The position numbers and the translations under genes are program-made. Below the pieces are notes generated by a model that was not told the origin of the DNA, made no database searches, and saw only the letters and a program-made list of their open reading frames with translations. From assembly GCF_964355755.1 (NCBI RefSeq), contig NC_092680.1, positions 62,001 through 126,000 on the forward strand: 64,000 nt of DNA, in the 5' to 3' direction. The DNA is from Antedon mediterranea. Lineage: Eukaryota > Animalia > Echinodermata. Positions within the stretch are counted from its first letter, which is position 1, and every line of letters starts with the position of its first letter. This document shows, piece by piece, positions 14,701 to 48,069 of the stretch.

Positions 14701-17700
14701 ATAGTATTAGCCGCAATGTTTAGTGCAAGTACATTTCCATGCAACTTTCATTATCTCACACAGCATCATATTAACCCAAATTCAACATACCTTCCTTTGT
14801 TGTTCAAATTCCAGTTGACTTTGCAAGAGGGCTTCTTGTAAATCTTTGGAAAATTGATCCTCTGTTAGCTATTGGTGAACAATATATTTAATAGAATAAT
14901 TAATAAACAATAATAATGTGCAAAGGTATTTGTTATTATAGAAACAGTAGAGAGTGATTATACTATACTTAAGGATGCATGCAGACATATAGAAACAGAC
15001 GAGAGTGATTATACTATACTTAAGGATGCATGCAGACATATAGAAACAGTAGAGAGTGATTATACTATACTTAAGGATGCATGCAGACATATAGAAACAG
15101 TAGAGAGTGATTATACTATACTTAAGGATGCATGCAGACATATAGAAACAGTAGAGAGTGATTATACTATACTTAAGGATGCATGCAGACATATAGAAAC
15201 AGACGAGAGTGATTATACTATACTTAAGGATGCATGCACACATATAGAAACAGACGAGAGTGATTATACTATACTTAAGGATGCATGCAGACATATAGAA
15301 ACAGACGAGAGTGATTATACTATACTTAAGGATGCATGCAGACATATAGAAACAATAGAGAGTGATTATACTATACTTAAGGATGCATGCACACATATAG
15401 AAACAGTAGAGAGTGATTATACTATACTTAAGGATGCATGCAGACATATAGAAACAGTAGAGAGTGATTATACTATACTTAAGGATGCATGCAGACAAAT
15501 AGAAACAGTAGAGAGTGATTATACTATACTTAAGGATGCATGCAGACATATAGAAACAGTAGAGAGTGATTATACTATACTTAAGGATGCATGCAGACAT
15601 ATAGAAACAGTAGAGAGTGATTATACTATACTTAAGGATGCATGCACACATATAGAAACAGACGAGAGTGATTATACTATACTTAAGGATGCATGCAGAC
15701 ATATAGAAACAGACGAGAGTGATTATACTATACTTAAGGATGCATGCACACATATAGAAACAGTAGAGAGTGATTATACTATACTTAAGGATGCATGCAC
15801 ACATATAGAAACAGACGAGAGTGATTATACTATACTTAAGGATGCATGCAGACATATAGAAACAGACGAGAGTGATTATACTATACTTAAGGATGCATGC
15901 AGACATATAGAAACAGTAGAGAGTGATTATACTATACTTAAGGATGCATGCAGACATATAGAAACAGTAGAGAGTGATTATACTATACTTAAGGATGCAT
16001 GCAGACATATAGAAACAGTAGAGAGTGATTATACTATACTTAAGGATGCATGCAGACATATAGAAACAGACGAGAGTGATTATACTATACTTAAGGATGC
16101 ATGCACACATATAGAAACAGACGAGAGTGATTATACTATACTTAAGGATGCATGCAGACATATAGAAACAGACGAGAGTGATTATACTATACTTAAGGAT
16201 GCATGCAGACATATAGAAACAATAGAGAGTGATTATACTATACTTAAGGATGCATGCACACATATAGAAACAGTAGAGAGTGATTATACTATACTTAAGG
16301 ATGCATGCAGACATATAGAAACAGTAGAGAGTGATTATACTATACTTAAGGATGCATGCAGACAAATAGAAACAGTAGAGAGTGATTATACTATACTTAA
16401 GGATGCATGCAGACATATAGAAACAGTAGAGAGTGATTATACTATACTTAAGGATGCATGCAGACATATAGAAACAGTAGAGAGTGATTATACTATACTT
16501 AAGGATGCATGCACACATATAGAAACAGACGAGAGTGATTATACTATACTTAAGGATGCATGCAGACATATAGAAACAGACGAGAGTGATTATACTATAC
16601 TTAAGGATGCATGCACACATATAGAAACAGTAGAGAGTGATTATACTATACTTAAGGATGCATGCACACATATAGAAACAGACGAGAGTGATTATACTAT
16701 ACTTAAGGATGCATGCAGACATATAGAAACAGACGAGAGTGATTATACTATACTTAAGGATGCATGCAGACATATAGAAACAGTAGAGAGTGATTATACT
16801 ATACTTAAGGATGCATGCAGACATATAGCAGGCCTCGAATTTTACCGCGGCCACCGCGGCCAGTGCCGTCGGTGCCCTCCCAGTTTGCCTCAATGCCCTC
16901 GAAAATGAATAGCACCCACGGCCACTACTGGCCTGCCCTTTTTTTGCGTTGGCCGCGAGTGCCCTTCCCGAGTTTTACCACAATAAAAACCACTGAATTA
17001 GATAGAAAATAATGTCAAGAAGATTTGTTTACACGACTCGGACGAGACGCAAAACTATCGCCTGTCTTCGTTGCAAGGGGATTTCCCTAAACGCATTTAT
17101 TAATACACAAACAGTCCCGCAAACAGTAAACAAAACATCGAACATTGCAATAGGGTAACCAAAACAATATCATCCCGGCCGCCGTGCATGGTAAATCATG
17201 GCATAGATAGTACATTAAAATACAGGGGTGTAAACTTTTAATAATCAAGCTAAAAACGTTCCTCGATCGGAGGTTTCTGAAAGTATTAAAGTCGCACAAT
17301 AATCGAGCTAGCCGCCTTCGATGAAAAAAATATTACACGCACTCGACTCCTAGCTAGCCTAGCCTATCCTCCCGCCGCCGATCCAGTCGAACACACGCAA
17401 TTCAATGCATTGGGAAAACAATTCTATTTGACGCACACGCACCCTCTGATAAGAAATTTCACACACAACAACAACGTCGTGTGAGAGTACGCGCGGAGGA
17501 TCTGCGGATCGTTGGAAAAACAATTCCTTTTGACGTACACGCACCCTCTGAGAAGAAAATACCATGTGCGTTCCTGCATGGTGTAGTCCATTATACGTGT
17601 AAAATTAGGGGTGTGTACCTTTAGCACCAAAGTTAAACCTGCACCTCAACCCGAAGATCGTTGGAAGTATATCATATTTATATTTTATCGCACCCACCTC

Positions 17701-20700
17701 AATAATCCAGCAGACAGGTCATCGAAAAATCTTGTTTAACAACGTCGTACACTAAATTACCAAACGCGTTTTTACCGAATTCAAGGAAATGGTATAGTCC
17801 AGAATACACGTGCCGAAGGCTAAACAGAGAGAAAGGGGTCGGTGTGTCCGTCCGTGTTTTGAATTCTTATAAATATGGGTACTAACAAAAAAGCTTCAGA
17901 AATCGAAACTCGGAAAATAACTATAATTTATATTCTACTACATAATGTAATTGGCTTGATTTTTACCGTGGTTAACACTCTGTGTATGAATAGTTGTAGG
18001 TAAGGCCTACAAACAAATTTTTTTTGTATCATGTTTTCTTCGTCGGCTGCTAGCTAAGTAAGGCTGAGTAGCTTGCTGTTGTAAGGGTTTTTATACCTGT
18101 TCCGGGCCTTACTTGGTTGGCTTCACATGCCTTTTTATCGCCGCTTATTTGAAACTAAACGAAACATTCAACACAGGACGGAAACTATAAAAGCTGAACA
18201 TCGTACCTATTTATTATTTATATGGATCGTAAATACACGTAATATTTGTATGAAATACAAAAAGATGTATTGTAGACAGTCCTACGTACTACTACTACTC
18301 CGCGATCTGATGAATAGGGGGAAATCCCAAAACACTCAACCGGAAACAAGCTATTTTTAAATTTTGGCCTAGTTATTAAAATATTTTTTAATTTTGGCCT
18401 TGGTGCCCCTTTGATTTAAAACAAATGGCCTTGGTGCCCTCCCATTTGGCCTTGGTGCCCCTAAAATCAATGAAAACCGGAGGCCAAATGGCCTTGCCCC
18501 TAAAATCCCCAAATTCGAGGCCTGATATAGAAACAGACGAGAGTGATTATACTATACTTAAGGATGCATGCACACATATAGAAACAGTAGAGAGTGATTA
18601 TACTATACTTAAGGATGCATGCAGACATATAGAAACAGTAGAGAGTGATTATACTATACTTAAGGATGCATGCAGACATATAGAAACAGTAGAGAGTGAT
18701 TATACTATACTTAAGGATGCATGCAGACATATAGAAACAGACGAGAGTGATTATACTATACTTAAGGATGCATGCAGACATATAGAAACAGTAGAGAGTG
18801 ATTATACTATACTTAAGGATGCATGCAGACATATAGAAACAGACGAGAGTGATTATACTATACTTAAGGATGCATGCAGACATATAGAAACAGACGAGAG
18901 TGATTATACTATACTTAAGGATGCATGCAGACATATAGAAACAGTAGAGAGTGATTATACTATACTTAAGGATGCATGCACACATATAGAAACAGTAGAG
19001 AGTGATTATACTATACTTAAGGATGCATGCACACATATAGAAACAGTAGAGAGTGATTATACTATACTTAAGGATGCATGCAGACATATAGAAACAGACG
19101 AGAGTGATTATACTATACTTAAGGATGCATGCAGACATATAGAAACAGTAGAGAGTGATTATACTATACTTAAGGATGCATGCAGACATATAGAAACAGT
19201 AGAGAGTGATTATACTATACTTAAGGATGCATGCAGACATATAGAAACAGTAGAGAGTGATTATACTATACTTAAGGATGCATGCAGACATATAGAAACA
19301 ATAGAGAGTGATTATACTATACTTAAGGATGCATGCAGACAAATAGAAACAGACGAGAGTGATTATACTATACTTAAGGATGCATGCAGACATATAGAAA
19401 CAATAGAGAGTGATTATACTATACTTAAGGATGCATGCAGACACAACAAATACCATAAAGCTCCTAATGACATTACTGGAAAAGCTATTCTAAAAGTCGA
19501 TTTATAATAACCCACTACTCTAATAGTAGCCCATGGGGGTTATTATTAGAATGACAAAATAATAGTGAAATGTTTGCGAACAATTGGATATTGATCTCGT
19601 CAAGATTCTTGGGATTGAATAATGACGGTAAAAAAGACATACCTCCATGGTATTTATCATGATTTCAGTCTAGGAACCCTAACTTAGTATACAAAAATGA
19701 TTTAAAAGACATACCTCCATGGTATTTATCATGATTTCAGTCTAGGAACCCTAACTTAGTATACAAAAATGATTTAAAAGACATACCTCCATGGTATTTA
19801 TCATGATTTCAGTCTAGGAACCCTTACTTAGTACTATACAAAAATGATTTAAATGACATACCTCCATGGTATTTATCATGATTTCAGTCTAGGAACCCTA
19901 ACTTAGTATACAAAAATGATTTAAAAGACATACCTCCATGGTATTTATCATGATTTCAGTCTAGGAACCCTAACTTAGTATACAAAAATGATTTAAATGA
20001 CATACCTCCATGGTATTTATCATGATTTCAGTCTAGGAACCCTAACTTAGTACAGTATACAAAAATGATTTAAAAGACATACCTCCATGGTATTTATCAT
20101 GATTTCAGTCTAGGAACCCTAACTTAGTATACAAAAATGATTTAAAAGACATACCTCCATGGTATTTATCATGATTTCAGTCTAGGAACCCTAACTTAGT
20201 ATACAAAAATGATTTAAATGACATACCTCCATGGTATAAATCATGATTTCAGTCTAGGAACCCTAACTTAGTATACAAAAATGATTTAAAAGACATACCT
20301 CCATGGTATTTATCATGATTTCAGTCTAGGAACCCTAACTTAGTATACAAAAATGATTTAAATGTTAGTGTATACCTGCCAACTTTTTCAGTGGCCAATG
20401 CGCAAGACATTAAATTAAAATTGTATATAGCACCATCTATATTATTTTAATTCAAAATATTCACGAAATACGCACTCTATGTTTAATTTTTCAAAGAATT
20501 GGGTTGGCTTTCCTGTACTACATCAACCATAAAATACAAATGAACATAGGCCGGAGGCTATGCTCAAATTAATTATTAATGTGCAGGCCTAGGCTCTTTT
20601 TCCTTCAAAATAGGAAAGTTTAATTTCAAAATAATGTTTTTTCTGAAAATTTTTATGGAGGATGCGCGAGAAATACAAAATCAACCCTCATGCGTGAAAC

Positions 20701-21537
20701 TCACACATTATGCATGACATTTGATAAGTATATTAGTTAGTGTACAATATTATGTTCTAAGTAGGCTGGGAGCTCAAGAAAAACAGAATGTTGAAGATAA
20801 ACTTTTACATTTTCATCATGTTTCTTCCAAGAGTCCCATTGTTTTGGGTTTGACTTATCAGAATGATCGCTATAATTCTGGGTTGTCGAATTTAATACCA
20901 CTGCTGGCTGTTGTTGTTGTACTGCTACTGGCCTACAATTCACACTTGGTATTTTTCCGAAAGCAATATCTCTTATCTGTAGAAATAAGACAAATATTTA
21001 CGACATTTTTAAAATATAAAAATAACAAAGCCACAATTCATGATGGTGGTTCATGATTGAACTAGGCAAGGGTGGGAGAATTTTGAAAATTAAAATGCAA
21101 ACGGTGTGTTCAGCACTAATATATTAATTATATAATATTTAGTAAGAACTCAGCTTCTTCTATTTCAAAATCCTAGGCCTAGATCCACCGCTGCTAAGAA
21201 TAGGTAAGCTACGCCTCTACAGTAGTTCCTTTTACATTGGGAGCTGCATGTGGGGGATCAACACACCAAGTAGCCTACCAACAGCTAGGCCCGGAGAAGG
21301 AGATACTTGCTGCCTGCGTGGCCAGCTTGGATAGCATGCCAGCGTTGGATGCCTTAAGAGAACCGCACTTACTTCGGCCTTCTCTTGTCTTTTCTTTTTA
21401 CGCCTGGCACGTTTTTTATGATTAACATTCTGATTGTCCCCTGCATTTGCATGTTGTTCTATTTTATCTGTTTGTTCTTCACTGTCTGACAAACTTTCAA
21501 TTTGTAAGCACGTGAAGGAATTAAATTTCGTTGACAT
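8762..21537 (-). CDS. GKAP1: G kinase-anchoring protein 1 homolog, 9 coding exons, ~329 aa
   Basis: Exons (minus): 21373-21537, 20809-20976, 14791-14868, 13711-13863, 13180-13275, 11415-11516, 10876-10939, 10345-10415, 8762-8854; all GT-AG with matching phases. Translation includes [87 protein letters not shown] and [12 protein letters not shown]. These match the vertebrate GKAP1 motifs as I recall them ([48 protein letters not shown]). Confidence 0.9.
9385..10112. repeat. Compound tandem array (alternating ~57-bp and ~41-bp related units), GKAP1 intron 8
   Basis: aactagggcctacagtaatagtaaagcctaaataataaatgcattgattgtcttgtt alternates with a shorter aactagggcctagtagtaaggaaatgcattgattgttg variant. 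Confidence 0.9.
11183..11249 (-). mobile_element. Degenerate tRNA-derived SINE head
   Basis: Minus strand tggtgtgattggtggttagg (A-box-like)...gggttcaattc (B-box-like), followed by a T run. Confidence 0.4.
11619..12867. repeat. Tandem array, 47-bp unit, ~26 copies, GKAP1 intron 5
   Basis: ttatttattacattgtagca(g/c)caaagggccttatgttgcaatgctta; caaagggcc at 11641, 11688 and onward. Confidence 0.95.
12932..13054. repeat. Tandem array, 40-bp unit, 3 copies
   Basis: aacctggagtttaatgatcataccctatcatcgcaagttt x3. Confidence 0.95.
13342..13468. mobile_element. Palindromic (foldback) MITE remnant
   Basis: Nested inverted repeats aaataatgaatgttt/aaacattcattattt and tatgagttgaagattgactg/cagtcaatctttcaactcata. 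Confidence 0.55.
14079..14416. repeat. Tandem array, 51-bp unit, ~6.6 copies, GKAP1 intron 3
   Basis: aagaaattggtggccactgctctagtattttgttacttaaatatgcatatt repeated. Confidence 0.95.
14938..19443. repeat. Tandem array, 51-bp unit (~37 + ~18 copies), interrupted by a DNA transposon, GKAP1 intron 2
   Basis: atagaaacag(ta/ac)gagagtgattatactatacttaaggatgcatgca(g/c)acat at 14938-16828 and 18525-19443. Confidence 0.95.
16829..18524. mobile_element. 1.7-kb non-autonomous hAT-like DNA transposon, 14-bp TIR, 6-bp TSD
   Basis: caggcctcgaattt...aaattcgaggcctg, with atatag duplicated on both sides (16823-16828, 18525-18530). Subterminal ggccttggtgccc repeats. No transposase ORF. Confidence 0.85.
19632..20362. 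repeat. Tandem array, 72-bp unit, ~10 copies, GKAP1 intron 2
   Basis: aaagacatacctccatggtatttatcatgatttcagtctaggaaccctaacttagtatacaaaaatgattta; cctccatgg at 19642, 19714 and onward. Confidence 0.95.
20371..20732. mobile_element. Decayed hAT-like MITE
   Basis: Imperfect TIRs tatacctgccaac / tttgataagtata; gttagtg present on both flanks. Confidence 0.35.
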
Positions 21538-22465
21538 TATTAATAATTAGAGCAGCACAAAGCTCAAAAAGTTGTTTATTTTTATCGATCTCCAAAACTC
21601 GTTTTTTGTTCGAATTAAATAGAGGGCGTTTTAGTCCATGGGCTGGAGGCGGGGGGTTACCGTACCGTATAAATTTCAACATAGTATCTACAATTTTCAA
21701 TATGTTTTATCTTAATTGTGTTTTACTTGTGCTTACTGACATATTGAATAAAAAAATATCTGTTAACAAGATTAAAATTGCAGTTCATTATACACAAATT
21801 ATCATTTTTTATTCTTAAAAATTGCAATAAAAATACATTTTTTGGGGTAGGGTGTAACATTAATAGCAATAACCCAAAAATCAAACATCTAATTAGTATG
21901 ATCTTGGTGTCGTTGTGTAGCATTCGTATTTTTTAACCATATAGAATTTTAATAAAATTAATTGAACCATGTTTATGGTCAGTAGAGGTCAAAAAGGTCA
22001 CTGACCTTTTGCAAAATTGCAAATATTTGCCATAATGAGATACATTTCAATATCAAATCTCCAATTATAATAATAATAATAATAACAATAATAATAATAT
22101 CCTGGATTTATGTAGCGCCTAATGTTGTGAAACCTCTAAGCGCTGAACATTATTAAACCTCTAAGCGCTGAACATTATTAACCCAGTCATTTTTTCCTGA
22201 ATGAAAATTGCACCTTTCAAATTCAAAAACAATGTTTTATGGCATTCGTCTTTCCATTAAATAGAATACCATAAAACATTTAGTACCCTTGGGTGGGCTT
22301 TTTTTCAACGGATAGGCTTCTTTTCACATGGAGTTTTCGAGATTACTTTTGCAAACTAAAAGAGGGGAGCTGCTAGGTTCCCGGCCGAAAAATGGCACTT
22401 TACATGATTTGAAATTTAATTATATGTAACAAAGTATAATAAGACTCCTCTCCAGGAGGACAACA

Positions 22466-23179
22466 TAAATAGAGCTTGTTTCTGGCCCAACCATGGTCGG
22501 GGCTGAGTTGGTATGTAGGCCTCCCTCTACAGTGGCACCCATTTGCATAACAACAGAAATAGAGCTTGTCCCTGGCCCAACCATAGTCGGGGCTGAGTTG
22601 GTATGTAGGCCTCCCTCTACAGTGGCACCCATTTGCATAACAACAGAAATAGAGCTTGTCCCTGGCCCAACCATAGTCGGGGCTGAGTTGGTATATACCC
22701 TCTACAGTTGCGCCCCACTTGCATAACAACAGAAATAGAGCTTGTTTCTGGCTCGACTCAACCATGGTCGGGGCTGAGTTGGTATACACCCTCTACAGTT
22801 GCGCCCCACTTGCATAACAACAGAAATAGAGCTTGTTTCTGGCTCGACTCAACCATGGTCGGGGCTGAGTTGGTATACACCCTCTACAGTTGCGCCCCAC
22901 TTGCATAACAACAGAAATAGAGCTTGTTTCTGGCTCGACTCAACCATAGTCGGGGCTGAGTTGGTATACACCCTCTACAGTTGCGCCCACTTGCATAACA
23001 ACAGAAATAGAGCTTGTTTCTGGCTCGACTCAACCATGGTCGGGGCTGAGTTGGTATACACCCTCTACAGTTGCGCCCCACTTGCATAACAACAGAAATA
23101 GAGCTTGTCCCTGGCCCAAACATGGTCTGGGCTGAGTTGGTATATACCCTCTACAGTTACGCCCCACTTGCATAACAAC
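22466..23179. repeat. Tandem array, ~86-91-bp unit, ~8 copies, between the GKAP1 and RTK starts
   Basis: aaatagagcttgt...caaccatggtcggggctgagttggtata...ccctctacagttgcgccccacttgcataacaacag repeated. Confidence 0.9.
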
Positions 23180-23420
23180 CTGGATGATCCCCTGCCAATT
23201 GCCACAATTCATGTAGATTACACATTTAATAAATAAAAATAAGTAATTATTTTAGATCTGTAGCCTACATAACTCAGTTATTACCGTCACTTCCGGGAAT
23301 AAACTGGGGTTGTTTTTTTTTAAGTTTTTCAAAATCGTGGAAACTGTTTAAAAAAATTGTATTTCTGCGATTTCATGTTTTCATGAATAAATCAATTCAT
23401 CGAATTAAGTTTCGCAAACT

Positions 23421-24610
23421 TACGATACTACTGTATTGTATAACGTACGATACTACTGTATTGTATAACGTACGATACTACTGTATTGTATAACGTACGG
23501 TAATACTGTATTGTATAACGTACGATACTACTGTATTGTATAACGTACGATACTACTGTATTGTATAACGTACGATACTACTGTATTGTATAACGTACGA
23601 TATTACTGTATTGTATAACGTACGATATTACTGTATTGTATAACGTACGATACTACTGTATTGTATAACGTACGATACTACTGTATTGTATAACGTACGA
23701 TACTACTGTATTGTATAACGTACGATACTACTGTATTGTATAACGTACGATACTACTGTATTGTATAACGTACGATATTACTGTATTGTATAACATACGA
23801 TACTACTGTATCGTATAACGTACGATAATAACATACGATACTACTGTATTGACGTACGATACTACTGTATTGTATAACGTATGATACTACTGTATTGTAT
23901 AACGACGTACGATACTACTCTATTGTATAACGTACGATAATACAGTATTGTATAACGTACGATACTACTGTATTGTATAACGTACGATACTACTGTATTG
24001 TATAACGTACGATACTACTGTATTGTATAACGTACGATACTACTGTATTGTATAACGTACGATACTACTGTATTGTATAACGTACGATACTACTGTATTG
24101 TATAACGTACGATAATACTGTATTGTATAACGTACGATAATACTGTATTGTATAACGTACGATACTACTGTATTGTATAACGTACGATACTACTGTACGT
24201 ATTGTATAACGTACGATAATACTATATTGTATAACGTACGATAATACTATATTGTATAACGTACGATACTACTGTATTGTATAACGTACGATACTACTGT
24301 ATTGTATAACGTACGATACTACTGTATTGTATAACGTACGATACTACTGTATTGTATAACGTACGATAATACTGTATTGTATAACGTACGATAATACTGT
24401 ATTGTATAACGTACGATACTACTGTATTGTATAACGTACGATACTACTGTATTGTATAACGTACGATAATACTATATTGTATAACGTACGATACTACTGT
24501 ATTGTATAACGTACAATATTACTGTATTCTATAACGTACGATAATACTGTATTGTATAACGTACGATAATACTGTATTGTATAACGTACGATAATACTGT
24601 ATTGTATAAC
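23421..24610. repeat. Tandem array, 25-bp unit, ~47 copies
   Basis: tacgatactactgtattgtataacg repeated. Confidence 0.95.
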
Positions 24611-25469
24611 CTTTATGGTTAGGAAACCATTCGATTGTTATTTTGGTTGAAATAAATGTCGATCCTTAATTTTTTTTTTTACATCTAGGGGGTTAAATAT
24701 AATGTTGTTTTTATTTGTCTTGGTTACAAAGTTCCCGTTAGATAATTTCGGGCGTTGAAGTTGGCGGTGTATGGACATCGACCGCTGCAATTGTTGTGAC
24801 AGGAAATAATATGTGTTCTCGGATGAAGAAGGATTTCCCGTTAGGCCTCTCCACCAATAATACGTGCACGTTCGCAAATGGTTTTTTGTGTTTCATTCTG
24901 CAGGTCTGGTATTAAAAGGTAAGAGATTTCATTTGTTTGCGCATGTGTGTTGCTAAAATAGGCCCTATTCATAATTGTTTTCATAATATCGATCAAAAAA
25001 GAGTTTCAGTTTGGTGGTCGCCGTTGACCAGATCTATCTACCAATAAATCTGTTATTATGGAAAATAGTTAATTCGACGCTCTTGTAGATTAGGTTTGGT
25101 ATCTTGATGCCGGGCGATGACGATATTAAAGTAAAGTTATTTTGTGATAAACATAATTTGTATAAAAGACAAACATTCTCTATTGCTGAAGCAGTTTGAA
25201 AAATAAGTAATGATTATAATATAGTCATGACAGAACTATACTGTATAGTTGTCCATAAATGAAATATTGTTAAGGCAATAAAGACATGGCATGTGGGCGC
25301 CGTGATTATTAGTCATGACGTCCGTTAGCGTGGTTACCGCTACCACCGGATCTTCGGCCACCGGGCCAAATAATTCTGAGGAGCGCTATACAAACGGGTT
25401 ATTCAGATTAATTAATACTTTTATGAGATATATTTTGTTATTTTTTTATAGTGTTCGTCAAGATTTAAA

Positions 25470-44913
<19,444 letters not shown>

Positions 44914-46452
44914 ACGACAGAATGTATATAATAATGTCAATAAAGCTGAGATGTCTGATTGTAAACAAACGTGTGCACCTTTGGTATTGGTAGGCCGTCA
45001 CTCATTCTCAAATTATATGATGCTGCATGATTTTTTTAGACAGGAATGAACATTATAGACATCTTGTTACACTAATTCTCGCTGTTACAATTGTATCTGG
45101 AATCACTATGTTGTATGCCGCTTTCTTTTAAATATGGAGGGACCAGCTGCAAAAAAAAAAAAAAAAAAAAAAAAAAGAACACCTTATTTATAGAAATTCG
45201 GATTGTCTTGCCATCAGATTGATAATCTATTTTTAATATTAAATTTGGTTATTTATTAATTTTTTTAACATTTTACTTCAATTCACAATCAATAGGAGCT
45301 TTTGATTTACAGACTGGAATACATAAAACACAAGACAAAGGAACATCGACAAGGTCCACAAGAACCAATTACAAACATTTCTTAATTTTAATAAGTTAAT
45401 AAGTAAATCCGTTTAGAACAGCGAACATGTAACATGAGTTGCCCCCGAAAAGGTCAACTAATAATTAAGGAATTTCATTATTTAAGGTAAGGTGGATCAC
45501 AGTAGTGGCATCAAATACATAATAAATAAGCCAAATAATAATTAAGGAATGTCATTATTGAGGGTAAGGTGACACGGTAGTGGCATCAAATACACAATAA
45601 AATGTTAACTATTGTTTACTGTGTTTATGTGGTGTTGTGTATAAAAGCAAGCATTGCGAATATGCAGGGAGGTAATATATAAATAAGTTAAAAATCAAAT
45701 GCCCTAAGTAGGCCTATACCTTGTCGAACACCAAATGTTACTATTAGCCAGCCAGAAAATGCACCTTCTATAGTTACCAGTTGCTCTCTATCATTATACT
45801 AAGATTAGAAAGATTATCAGATACACCAAACTTCTTAAATTAAGTAATAATAAGTAGGCCTAATTGGTAACTATGGTATTATATAGCATCACACTATGAT
45901 CGACAATTAATAGATGTGTAACAATGAGAGAGACTAAGTTAGTAGTACAAGAACGTTTCGGGGTAAAACCATGCTGATTAAATCTCAACAAAACGAAATT
46001 ATAAAATACAAACAGCGCGAGCACGCAAAACCTGATAGTTATGATAACGTTAACATTTCAACTATCCAGAGGTCGAGCGACTTCCAACATTTTAGGTGGG
46101 GAACTCGACTTCATATGCCTAAGGCCTAGATCCAATTTCGAGTTTGTCCTAGACATCAGCATCTTTACAATGTTCTATTGATTTCATCAGTCAATTAACC
46201 CCATTTAAGAACGGAGAAAAACTAACTGTTTAAAACATATTTATTCTGGGACGGTGCGGCCATAACACAGCTAGTACTGGAGACTTCATATTTAATTTCA
46301 TATTTCAATGAAGAGGTGCACTTTCCGGGGACAAGCTCTATTGTCCTGGTGAGTCTTAGTTTGTTTCATATAATTTCAAATCATGTAAAGTTTTTTCGAC
46401 CGGGAACCTAGCAGCTCTATTTTTCAAAATTGTCTTTGCTCATCCCAAAGTA

Positions 46453-47206
46453 GGGCCTACTCTCAGTTCTAGATAGATTGGGTTCGAATCTTTTACGGAT
46501 ACTTTTTTTTAAATTTAAAATAATGAATATTTTTTATTATTTATTTTAAGAGACATTTAAAGGGTGGAAAAAGGATTTACTAAAATGCCAGGTATTTTGA
46601 TAAATAGCAGTTTTTAAAGTCTTCACTCGCTTTGATGTTACGCTAGGCCTAGGCAGCCAAGCACCAAGCAACACGTACCTGCGCTTCGCTCAAATTTACC
46701 GCAGTCATATTTTGGACGGTGCCCCCAATATTTCGTTGCCATGCGAAACAGATTTTTACTGGCTTACGAAAAACGAATACGTGTATCCGTTTTCGTTATC
46801 GTATTCGTAAGTTTGCGAAAACTCCCTTAATAGTCTATGTATACGTGTATTACGTAATTCATCATTACGTCATAAATATCATGGGCTTCTTTTCGAGGTT
46901 TTATGATAGTCTATTTAATGGGAAAAAAGAATGCATAACAACTTTGTTTCTGATTTTTTTTTAAAAAAAGGTTCAATCTTGTTTAGGCCTAGGCCTGACA
47001 TTTTCAACCCTTTAAATGTCTCTTAAAATTAAAAATCTCATACAAAAAATATCCGTAGAGGTTCGAACCAAATCTATCTAGAACTGAGAGTAGGCCTACT
47101 CAAAACTGAGCATTACCCGTTATGCCACAAAGTACATGACTTAACAGCTGATAATAGTCTATTTATACGTGTATTACGTAATTCATAATTACGTCATAAA
47201 TATCAT
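46453..47206. repeat. Inverted pair of decayed tRNA/SINE-like sequences plus a 55-bp direct repeat
   Basis: 46453-46571 is roughly the reverse complement of 47000-47099 (ggttcgaa B-box-like). taatagtctat...acgtcataaatatcat occurs at 46828 and 47152. Confidence 0.6.
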
Positions 47207-48069
47207 ATTAACCTTGTTCAAAACTATGCGAGCTACTGTGTTTGGGGTTCACATAATAATACGCCCCTCTTTCCACCAGATCATGAGGCGACAACATCAG
47301 TGCATCTGGTGATGTGCTGGAAACGACCCCAAAAGGCTGTGTCAGGGCCTTAGTGCTGAGGCAGGGAGAGCACATTTAACATCTTTTTTTTTTGTGGCTT
47401 TCGCCACCTGTATTTTTTTAAGTTTTTAATTTTATGTTAGCGCCCTCAATTTAATCAGGAAAAAAAAAATTAAATATTTCTCTTCGTTACGTGTTTAGAA
47501 GAGAATTTGTATTATCTCATCGACGTTTGGTATGCCGTGTTATTATGCAAATGAGTTTATACAGGTGGATCGAAAAAAATACAAAAATACTATGTCGAGA
47601 GTTTTATTTTTAATTGTTTTGCTATGTCGAAATTTCGACATAACTATATTATATTCATGTAGCAGGCTTTTCATCTTAGGTCTTTTGTCATAAATATCAC
47701 AGCGTGATTAATTATCCATTAGTGTATATCAAATTATTTAGTTGAAAATGCCTTTATATCTCAATCCACATACATACTATACATACTAGTTTGACCCTAG
47801 GATTATCTGTATGCTGAGATGTTTTTACTTTAAACATTATAATCGAATATACCTACGGAAATAAATTATATTTGTCGTTTAGAGAAAAGCAACAGTATCG
47901 TGATACGATATTATATAGGTTACTTCAGTAAAGCTATGAATATTCATATTAGAAAACAGGATGTTCGATTAATTATGCAAATGTTGTCACCGCGTTCATT
48001 TCATTCCTCACAATACATTCGTTCATTTGTATGCAAGACGTGACGATCGGTGAATTGTTATCATAAAGC

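Noticed and set aside
14869-19507. 674-aa, 360-aa and 318-aa repetitive ORFs on both strands
   Set aside because: Translations of the 51-bp intronic array within GKAP1 intron 2.
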